Shown: positions 39,597-46,679 of the stretch, in pieces
Position numbering within the stretch: position 1 is the stretch's first letter
Layout: the number at the start of each line of letters is the position of its first letter
DNA from: a virus
Taxonomy: Duplodnaviria > Caudoviricetes
Strand: one strand, 5' to 3'
IMG/VR virus record: IMGVR_UViG_3300005805_000001
Location: 23,332-87,331 of that record
DNA: 64,000 bases
Notes under the pieces: generated by a model
The model's database searches: none
What the model was told of the DNA's origin: nothing
Seen by the model: only the letters and a program-made list of their open reading frames with translations
Made by a program: the position numbers and the translations under genes

Positions 39597-40475
39597 TTAG
39601 AATATATAACGTATTGTGTTCCAAGGTATGATTTGATCATGTAATTCAATGAATTGCTCTATGAATTGACGCTTCAGATTGTGCTCATACCTTATGTTTT
39701 TACCTCCATATTGCGAGGTTTTCTCTTCCTGCATATGAGGTTGCCATAACAAGTGTTCGCCAGGAAGATTGTTCTCAACATTATAACGATGTTTGTTCTC
39801 ATTGTGTGTCAAGAAGATAACCTCCGCTTTGACATCATCATTATAATATGCATCTCCAACATAGTGATTTACAAGAGTAAACAAGTCACGATACTTGTCA
39901 AGCCAGCCTGGATATACAATCACAGGACTGAAATTCAGATGTACCTCATAACCAGCTTCATAGAAAGGTTCTATAGCTTCAAGACGTTCCTGTATGGTGC
40001 TTGTGTTAGGCTCAAGTAATGTGGAATAATCTTGTGGCATCAGACTAAAGCGTATCCTGATTTTCTTGTCATAATCCTCATTCTCAGCTTTATAATCAAG
40101 AAGATCCTTATTCACGTACTTTGTTGCAAATGAAGCCATTGCAGTAGGATGGTGTTTGAAGAAATCAAATATCCTACGCCAGTCGTGATGTTTGGCGTGC
40201 AATGCAAAGTCCTCATTACAAGAGATGTCATATGTGATAAATCGCTCATGTGTCTGATTAGGCTTTTGCACATCAGCCAACCATGAATGGATGTTTATGG
40301 CGTTCAGTATGTCAACTGTGTTCTTTGCAACGTCAAGTCCCTCAGGCTTATGACGTTTCATATAACAATACGAACAATTATACAAACAACCATATCCAAA
40401 ACTTGGACTGATGAAGTCTGTTGATCTGCCTGATTCTCTGATTGTCAGGGATTTGCGTTTTACTTCTTCTAACAT
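39597..40475 (-). CDS. spore photoproduct lyase-like radical SAM protein
   Basis: GYGCLYNCSYCY (CxxxCxxC), FATK.V, RIRFSL, RLEAI...AGYEV..NFSPVI.Y.GW. Confidence 0.75.
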   Translation of the reverse strand: MLEEVKRKSLTIRESGRSTDFISPSFGYGCLYNCSYCYMKRHKPEGLDVAKNTVDILNAINIHSWLADVQKPNQTHERFITYDISCNEDFALHAKHHDWRRIFDFFKHHPTAMASFATKYVNKDLLDYKAENEDYDKKIRIRFSLMPQDYSTLLEPNTSTIQERLEAIEPFYEAGYEVHLNFSPVIVYPGWLDKYRDLFTLVNHYVGDAYYNDDVKAEVIFLTHNENKHRYNVENNLPGEHLLWQPHMQEEKTSQYGGKNIRYEHNLKRQFIEQFIELHDQIIPWNTIRYIF

Positions 40476-40599
40476 GATGATAACATTAGAATGATTAATG
40501 CTGTTAATGACAGTATGGCGATTACTATATTTGCATTGAATGTATAGTCATCCCATTTATCTATTGGTTTCTTTTTCATGGTTTGAAGTTTTAAAGGTT

Positions 40600-40632
40600 A
40601 AAAAAGCGGGGAGACACCCTATATGTCTCCCC
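40600..40632 (-). terminator. intrinsic terminator
   Basis: Minus strand GGGGAGACA-TATAGGG-TGTCTCCCC-GCTTTTTT after the 40645 stop. Confidence 0.75.
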
Positions 40633-40644
40633 TGAATCCTAACC

Positions 40645-41103
40645 TTATTTCATTGAAATGTCATTCTGCGACAATTGACGTGCCGCTGCAGACAATACAT
40701 TGTCATGCTGTACAAGAACATCAGGTGCTGTCAAGTCAAGTGTGAACTCGGTCTGACGGAAGATTGGCATACCATCCTTGTGCAGGATTTCACCGTCTTG
40801 TCCAGCGCGTTTTGGCTCCTGTCCATCATAGAATGGAACACCAGCCTGCTCCTTGATCACGATCTTACCCATGAATGTGGAGCCAATTGTAATGCCGTTG
40901 TTCTTTACCCACGAAGTCAAATCGGCGATTTTGCCCTTGATAAGGGTGCTGCGCTTACGGCTATTAAGCCATCCGCCTGCGCCAAATTGCACATCATCTG
41001 TGCTTTCAATACGGATAAAACCGTATTCAGGGTTGTTCTTGCTGATACCAATCAGTTCAGATGAATCATTCTTGCATGTGGTTACTTTAACTGTGTTGTT
41101 CAT
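40645..41103 (-). CDS. beta-rich phage protein, possible OB-fold/SSB-like
   Basis: 152 aa, followed by its own terminator; the fold is a guess. Confidence 0.45.
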   Translation of the reverse strand: MNNTVKVTTCKNDSSELIGISKNNPEYGFIRIESTDDVQFGAGGWLNSRKRSTLIKGKIADLTSWVKNNGITIGSTFMGKIVIKEQAGVPFYDGQEPKRAGQDGEILHKDGMPIFRQTEFTLDLTAPDVLVQHDNVLSAAARQLSQNDISMK

Positions 41104-41163
41104 GATACTTAAGTTTTTAAATTGTTTGAATTAATTAAAGAATTGATGAGTTAATGATACTGG

Positions 41164-41463
41164 TTAATTGTTGATTTCAAGGGCTTTGCATATCCCGTCA
41201 AGGAGTTTGTAGCATGCCCGTTGAAGTTCGAATTCCTTGCGTCTACGACGCATGATAAGTTCGTGTGCGGACTTGAGGTTGTCCTCACGACATTGTTTTT
41301 CAGCGTCCTCTTTGAATTTGAACGCGTCAAGCCATTTCTGTGTGCTATGGCCATACCATTCCTTGCGTGTATGTATACGTGCAAGGATCTTGGATTTATA
41401 CGTATTATTGATTTTGGCGAGCGGGACGCCATTCCACCGCATATACAGGAATTCATTTGACAT
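41164..41463 (-). CDS. hypothetical protein
   Basis: 99-aa ORF in operon order. Confidence 0.5.
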   Translation of the reverse strand: MSNEFLYMRWNGVPLAKINNTYKSKILARIHTRKEWYGHSTQKWLDAFKFKEDAEKQCREDNLKSAHELIMRRRRKEFELQRACYKLLDGICKALEINN

Positions 41464-41467
41464 AGGC

Positions 41468-41746
41468 TTAATAGATTAAACGTATGCCATCATTTGTGAT
41501 ACGGATCTCACGGATCTGTTTAGGCAGTTTACCCGTGATCACGTGCTTCTTGTTGACAAGTACGGGATTGGGTTGTGTCCTGTTCAGTTTATAATACATG
41601 AACTGACAGGCACCTGCAGTACGTCCGAGTGCCTTTGCAACACGGCGTAGGTTTGCCTTGGTTGGATTGTTGTTGATTGTCTCAAGCAGTGTCTGTGTGT
41701 CCTGCTTTGACCATCTCTTTCTTGTTGATTTCTTTGATTTGGACAT
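41468..41746 (-). CDS. Myb/SANT- or GcrA-like HTH protein
   Basis: RWSKQDTQTL...VAKALGRTAGACQFMYYKL. Confidence 0.5.
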   Translation of the reverse strand: MSKSKKSTRKRWSKQDTQTLLETINNNPTKANLRRVAKALGRTAGACQFMYYKLNRTQPNPVLVNKKHVITGKLPKQIREIRITNDGIRLIY

Positions 41747-41887
41747 GATTGGTTTGATTTAATGGTGAATTAATTGAAGTGTAAGTAGAAGAAAGGCATA
41801 TATTGCGTACCGATTATCTCAGCCACAGGATTGCCGTCATGATCACGTGGAACGGTATGTGACATTTCCACGAGCAACAGAAACTTG

Positions 41888-42172
41888 TTATTCATCGAAG
41901 TTGAGTTTTATCTGTCTAGGGTCATAAGGTTCGTCACTGTATGAAGTTGACTGTACAAGTCTTATTTCATAAGCGTATAATATGGAGCTGATAGTGGCTA
42001 TAAACCCGGCTATGAAACAACAGCCTTTGTATATCATTATCATTACGGCTTGGTGTGATATACCTGACAAGCCTGTGATGACGGCCGTAATGACCGTCAT
42101 GCACAGGAACATTGCCAGGAACACTCCAAACCAAAGAAGCGTCGTGAGTATGAATGCCTTTACAGTTTTCAT
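41888..42172 (-). CDS. small membrane protein
   Basis: Two long hydrophobic segments. Confidence 0.5.
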   Translation of the reverse strand: MKTVKAFILTTLLWFGVFLAMFLCMTVITAVITGLSGISHQAVMIMIYKGCCFIAGFIATISSILYAYEIRLVQSTSYSDEPYDPRQIKLNFDE

Positions 42173-42522
42173 TGCACCGATGTTGAATCGTTATACAAGA
42201 CTTGTGTCAATGAATCGAATTCACTGCGCACCATGCAGTCAAGTGCGAACGTGTCGCCTTCCTGTACATATACCACATAGGCAAGTGAATCCTGATCAAG
42301 GCTGAACTGTATTATGCCGTCCTTGCCTTCATCAAGTTCATAGTGATACACGTGTATTACTTCGTCTTCGGTAAAGACCTCATTGAGAAGGTATCCCAAT
42401 GTACCGGTGCTTAACACCATCAGTGTCAGCAGGCTAATGATTTTAATTTGTTCCTTCATGGTGTTTTTTACGTTTTTTGGAATGTGAATGTTGAGTGATT
42501 GTTGATTTACCGGGATGTGCAT
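42169..42522 (-). CDS. membrane-anchored protein
   Basis: One hydrophobic segment followed by an acidic domain; start probably at MKEQIK. Confidence 0.45.
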   Translation of the reverse strand: MHIPVNQQSLNIHIPKNVKNTMKEQIKIISLLTLMVLSTGTLGYLLNEVFTEDEVIHVYHYELDEGKDGIIQFSLDQDSLAYVVYVQEGDTFALDCMVRSEFDSLTQVLYNDSTSVQ

Positions 42523-42652
42523 ATCCCATGTTGCGTTTTACGCCATCCAACTTGTGTCGTTGGAAGTCAGGATCCATCAGGATATCCTGGATTGCCATAA
42601 GTTTAGGAGTGAGTTTCATTGATTAGGATTTAGGATTTGGTTCAAGTAAATG

Positions 42653-42679
42653 TAAAGGGAGTGCCTGTGTGACACTCCC
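42653..42679 (-). terminator. possible intrinsic terminator
   Basis: Minus strand GGGAGTG-(9 nt)-CACTCCC-TTT after the 42685 stop; short U-tract. Confidence 0.45.
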
Positions 42680-42684
42680 ATGAA

Positions 42685-42888
42685 TTATTTCTTCATCAGT
42701 TTTTCATAATCCTGGCATACCAATACGGCTGGAAACCAGTAAATGAACAGTGCAAAAAAGACATGTCCGTTGTGCCTCATGGCACTTACATAATCAATCT
42801 CCACAAAGAATGCAATGAAGACTGACATGAACAACCAGCTTACCAACACAGTGGTAATTGTGATCAGCATATACATGGTGTTCTTCAT
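42685..42888 (-). CDS. small membrane protein
   Basis: Two hydrophobic segments. Confidence 0.5.
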   Translation of the reverse strand: MKNTMYMLITITTVLVSWLFMSVFIAFFVEIDYVSAMRHNGHVFFALFIYWFPAVLVCQDYEKLMKK

Positions 42889-43169
42889 GCCTTGTCGTTT
42901 TTGGAATTGTCCGTAACACTTTTAGCCGTGATGTCAAGCATTACGCTTATCATGGCAACCATGCCTATTGTACCGAAGACAGTTGCAGTCTTCAAGTTGT
43001 CCGCATCAAGTGCAAACATGGCCAATGAGAGGCATATCATTGCGACAATGGCCTCTGTAGTACTGAATTTTTCTTTCATTTTGGTTTGGATTTGATTATT
43101 AATGAGTGAATTGTATCTGATTGAAACGGTTTGTGCCTCACCGTAAAGCCTATCCTGAATGAAGTCCAA
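42885..43169 (-). CDS. small membrane protein
   Basis: Two hydrophobic segments; start possibly at MKEKFS. Confidence 0.45.
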   Translation of the reverse strand: MDFIQDRLYGEAQTVSIRYNSLINNQIQTKMKEKFSTTEAIVAMICLSLAMFALDADNLKTATVFGTIGMVAMISVMLDITAKSVTDNSKNDKA

Positions 43170-43187
43170 GATATACAGTCCTTTATG

Positions 43188-43319
43188 AATACATTCAGCT
43201 GTAATACATGAGCAACCTTTTTGAAAGGGTTACATTAACATAGATATACCACTGCCACTTGTTAAAGGTGGAAGTCCTTATGTGGATTCACTATACATAT
43301 ATCACAACTGAAGTGCATT
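43188..43319 (-). repeat. conserved-stem hairpin unit A
   Basis: Arms 43188-43206 (AATACATTCAGCTGTAATA) and 43300-43319 (TATCACAACTGAAGTGCATT); three G-U pairs if the minus strand folds; 93-nt insert. Confidence 0.8.
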
Positions 43320-43326
43320 GTGCATA

Positions 43327-43403
43327 AATGCACCCAATTGCGATTAAACCACGCTTTACAGTACGGTGGTTTTGACTGAAACATATCACAATTGAAGTGC
43401 ATT
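43327..43403 (-). repeat. conserved-stem hairpin unit B
   Basis: Arms 43327-43344 and 43385-43403. Both arms carry the compensatory CAATTG variant; two G-U pairs on the minus strand; about 40-nt insert. Confidence 0.8.
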
Positions 43404-43468
43404 GTTACTAAAGGTGTACTTGTATTTCTACGGATTGTATTTCTTCCTCCAACCACCTTTATGTAAGG

Positions 43469-43563
43469 AATGCACTCAGTTGTAATAGATGTATTTCAAT
43501 ACAACATTATTGTTGTACTCCATACTCACATAGTATGGTTCTCCATTACAACTGAAGTGCGTT
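43469..43563 (-). repeat. conserved-stem hairpin unit C
   Basis: Arms AATGCACTCAGTTGTAAT (43469-43486) and ATTACAACTGAAGTGCGTT (43545-43563); 58-nt insert with two internal hairpins. Confidence 0.85.
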
Positions 43564-43815
43564 TTAACTAACAAGTTTATACAAAGTTTGAGGTCCGTTA
43601 TGACCACTTATTCGCATATCAACTTGTTCATATTTATGGTCAGGACCAAATACCTCATTCATTGTAAGGTCATGGTCTTCCCAAAAGGAACATCCCCAGC
43701 GTTCCGCTACCCCACCAATTTCACCATAATCAGTGATTTTTCCTGTTTCATCTGCTGGAAAAATGTAGGTTTCATTTGCTAGATAGCTTGTAGAGGCAAT
43801 AACGTAAGTTGTCAT
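43564..43815 (-). CDS. hypothetical protein (83 aa) whose stop abuts hairpin C
   Basis: MTTYVIAS...NETYIFPADETG; A-rich leader. Confidence 0.6.
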   Translation of the reverse strand: MTTYVIASTSYLANETYIFPADETGKITDYGEIGGVAERWGCSFWEDHDLTMNEVFGPDHKYEQVDMRISGHNGPQTLYKLVS

Positions 43816-44077
43816 TTTAATGAGTTTTTTTGGTTTGTGTTTTACACCTAAAACTTTAATCCATAAAGTAACCTTTCAGTATTTATGTTTTAACTACCAA
43901 CTCTTGATGCTATCTCTGTACTTGTAGTTATTAAAGAAACTGGTGTCCTCAACATCTTGGAAAGTTATTGAGTTTTTTATTGTAACTAGAATGGTATCAT
44001 CCCTTTTTACCATCAGTGCTATTTTAATGGGAACTCATGCTGCAGCAGGTAGCTCTATGCTAGTTACAATTATTATA

Positions 44078-44215
44078 AATGCACTCAGTTGTGATACAAG
44101 ACTTATTACAGAGCGTATATCCTTTTTATGCAGTGAGAGGCCTTTAGAGCCTGTGTACATAAAATATAATACGTTGTATCTTGCCAGCTTATATAGATCA
44201 CAACTGAAGTGCATT
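44078..44215 (-). repeat. conserved-stem hairpin unit D
   Basis: Arms AATGCACTCAGTTGTGAT (44078-44095) and ATCACAACTGAAGTGCATT (44197-44215), perfect apart from one bulge; 101-nt insert. Confidence 0.85.
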
Positions 44216-44586
44216 ATGTTACTAATCCCTCTTAGGATCATCAGAAGGTTGATGTTTCTTTTACGCACCATGGCCTACAAGCGGTGCAACCTTTTCCAAG
44301 GAAGTTAAAGAGTGTGTTTCATATGACAGTCTTAATTTGTTACACGCAAGTCACTAGCGTGGAATCAAGAACCTACCTAGTATAGGATTACCTGCAAATC
44401 AGTGCAAGTTTTACCTGTGAAGTTAACTAGGATGTCTAGAGATTAAAGGCAGGCTGACATATAACCTGTTGTTCCCTATGTGTTTACCAATATGTCTAGT
44501 GTGGCCATAGAGTCAAGCAAACTCTATTCATTTCTATCTGCAGATAGTTACCCCCTGTACCACTTGGGTTTGTTTGCATTATTGGT

Positions 44587-44726
44587 AATGCATTCAGTTG
44601 TAATACGAGGAGCTTTTGTGGAACAGGTCAAGCTTTAGCTGATCTTGCCTGTTTGATCCACCATTTTAATTGGCAGGGCTCCAATTCTGCTTTCGAGTTT
44701 TATTTGTATTACAACTGAAGTGCATT
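44587..44726 (-). repeat. conserved-stem hairpin unit E
   Basis: Arms AATGCATTCAGTTGTAATAC (44587-44606) and GTATTACAACTGAAGTGCATT (44706-44726), perfect apart from one bulge; 99-nt insert. Confidence 0.85.
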
Positions 44727-45072
44727 AGAAGATGTCTTCGTAAAACATTTTACGAATCTCTTCTCTTTCGGCTTTTGTGGTGGTTTGTATCTTACAATAA
44801 AATACATCACCATCTATATCTCCATGCCAACCTACATTCCAATGGGATGATACTTGTAAATAGTCCCATCCATCCGTACGGACAGTAATGCATTCTGTTG
44901 AACCATCTTTCATATATTCAACAGTATCTTTTGGTGTGTTCGGAGTAAGATGTTCAAAGAATTCCGACTGGCTGATTTCAACAATGTCTTTGTTGAAATT
45001 CTGGTAGCGTGTGTAAAGTTCTGATTTCTTCACGGTGCTTTGTTTTTGGTTTGAATGAACAATTGCGGGCAA
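44725..45072 (-). CDS. hypothetical protein whose stop overlaps hairpin E (true start probably GTG at VKKSEL)
   Basis: ORF in the track; an A-rich leader precedes the internal GTG. Confidence 0.5.
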   Translation of the reverse strand: MPAIVHSNQKQSTVKKSELYTRYQNFNKDIVEISQSEFFEHLTPNTPKDTVEYMKDGSTECITVRTDGWDYLQVSSHWNVGWHGDIDGDVFYCKIQTTTKAEREEIRKMFYEDIF

Positions 45073-45213
45073 ATGCTATATGATAAGCATAGCATTGGAA
45101 GGATCAAGGAGTAGTGTGTAACACTAAACCTTGCTGAGGAGACAACAACACACTACAGCACAGGAACTTATAGCCTGCACCGTAGTGTGTAACGCTCAAC
45201 CAAGTTACCAGGA

Positions 45214-45552
45214 TTAAATCCTGGTGCCACCACTGGCTAGGGTAAATACCCAGCCTATGATCTCATGTTGAACACATACAATGTTCTGCTTGTCTGCGGC
45301 TAAGTCGGCTTCTTTCAGTCCTTGTTTGATAAGACCTACTCTACCATCTTCTCCGTAGACACTGCCACGTTTTCCTACTTTTGAATCACGGAAGTCATAG
45401 GTGTCATCACCTGTTAATTCCTTCAACTTTGATAATGTTAATACTTTTGCCATTTTGGTTTGGGTTTTAGGCGTTAAGGCTCCGGGGTATCCGTCGCTCA
45501 ATTTTAAGCCGGGTGGGTATTTTTGGGTTGGCTCACTCCCTGACTTATGCAC
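45214..45552 (-). CDS. hypothetical protein, first gene of the minus block (true start probably MAKVLT)
   Basis: ORF in the track; A-rich leader before MAKVLT. Confidence 0.5.
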   Translation of the reverse strand: MHKSGSEPTQKYPPGLKLSDGYPGALTPKTQTKMAKVLTLSKLKELTGDDTYDFRDSKVGKRGSVYGEDGRVGLIKQGLKEADLAADKQNIVCVQHEIIGWVFTLASGGTRI

Positions 45553-45577
45553 AAAAAAATTTTAAAAAAAATTAATT

Positions 45578-45644
45578 TGCTATAGGGACTTATCAAAATC
45601 AAGGATTCCCATCCCTTATATTTGTATTGGCTGTATTATATTTG
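45578..45644 (+). promoter_or_regulatory. putative late promoter region: TGCTATAGG plus two Bacteroidota -7 boxes
   Basis: TGCTATAGG at 45578; TATATTTG at 45617 and 45637 match TAnnTTTG. Confidence 0.55.
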
Positions 45645-46075
45645 CAATCACAAGGCGTGCTTTAAAAAGTCCTCGGACTTTAGCATCAAAATGAAGCCCG
45701 TAAGCTTCATTTTTTAAAACAGGCCCGGTCCATGTACCACGGTTGGCGCACTTCCCGTAACGGCATGGATCCTCCTGAGGGTGATAATCCCCAAATAGGG
45801 GTACCTACCTGCAACGGAGATACTACTTCTTGACTGGAACCAAGGCTAAGGGTTGATAGAGATGCCTCCAGTATGACGGTAAAACCAGGGAACTGGTCAG
45901 ACGACTTGAAGGAAATCCGTTGATAAAGAAAAGGTTAAGGAAAAAATGAACATTTTTCCAAGGGCCTAAGTGCGTCTAATCCAATCTAAGCCAATAAGTT
46001 ACAAGAGAATCCCGATCTAAGTGTAGTCTTGGAGCGGGATAAGTGTATAAAAACGCGTTGTTTGAAATAATATAT

Positions 46076-46083
46076 TACCTTTG
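46076..46083 (+). promoter_or_regulatory. Bacteroidota -7 box upstream of the first + gene
   Basis: TACCTTTG 18 nt upstream of the ATG at 46102. Confidence 0.5.
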
Positions 46084-46101
46084 TAGGATTATTCTAAAGG
46101 T

Positions 46102-46452
46102 ATGTTGGTAGTAAAGACCCCCAGGAACAAACTGTTCCACGCTTACTTGACCTGGCTGAATCCTTTGCTCATGTTGAGCAAGGGTGAGCTGGACATATTG
46201 GCGGCTTTGCTTACCTTGCATTACAGCCATAGGAATTATCCGAAAGAGACTCTGGATCAGTTGCTTACATCTCCTGAGACATTGGAGGCGGTTAGGAAGA
46301 AGATCAAGATAAACTCGAAGATGTTCAATAAACTGCTTAACTCCTTGAAAGAGAAAGGATTGATCCTTGAGAAAGGCTTGAATCCCAGTCTGACAAGGTA
46401 TCCGAAGGATGGTAAGTTCAAGCTTTTTGTAGGTTTCCAGGTAGAAAAATGA
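46102..46452 (+). CDS. winged-helix-like hypothetical protein
   Basis: LSKGELDILAAL...FNKLLNSLKEKGLI; first gene of the late block. Confidence 0.5.
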   Translation: MLVVKTPRNKLFHAYLTWLNPLLMLSKGELDILAALLTLHYSHRNYPKETLDQLLTSPETLEAVRKKIKINSKMFNKLLNSLKEKGLILEKGLNPSLTRYPKDGKFKLFVGFQVEK

Positions 46453-46679
46453 AACTGGATCTCGAAAAGCTGCTGTCAGACGTTGCCTCCGAGAAAGGCA
46501 TATCCAGGTTTCATGTTGAAACAATTTACAGGAGTGTCTTTGAGATGGTCGCTGAGACAATGAGGGAAGGTAATGCTGATAACATATTGATTCCCAGGTT
46601 CGGGAAATTCATAGTACCCCGCAAGAAACTCGAAATAAAGGACTTGCAGAAATATAAAGAGAAATATGGCACTGAATAA
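46449..46679 (+). CDS. HU/IHF-like DNA-binding protein
   Basis: DVASEKGIS...VET....FE...E......ILIPRFGKF pattern. Confidence 0.75.
   Translation: MKLDLEKLLSDVASEKGISRFHVETIYRSVFEMVAETMREGNADNILIPRFGKFIVPRKKLEIKDLQKYKEKYGTE

Noticed and set aside
44225-44330. Hammerhead ribozyme (CTGATGA on the minus strand preceded by a 7-bp stem)
   Set aside because: No correctly placed GAAA after stem II and no NUH cleavage triplet before stem I.
43188-44726. CRISPR array
   Set aside because: The repeats alternate in orientation as inverted pairs, spacing is irregular, ORFs intervene, and no cas genes are present.
43188-44726. Intrinsic terminators or canonical attC sites
   Set aside because: No U-tracts follow the stems, loops are 39-101 nt, RYYYAAC/GTTRRRY cores are absent, and there is no integrase in the window.
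43262-44888. ORFs 43262-43456(-), 44035-44271(-), 43943-44308(+) and 44670-44888(+)
   Set aside because: They run through the hairpin arms and their repeated peptide text (MHFSCD/MHFNCD) just reflects the DNA repeat. Compensatory base changes indicate selection on pairing rather than coding.
45895-46030. Bona fide group I intron
   Set aside because: The R- and S-like strings deviate from consensus, no interrupted gene flanks the region, and P3/P4/P6 could not be built by eye. Retained only as a weak note under the ncRNA finding.
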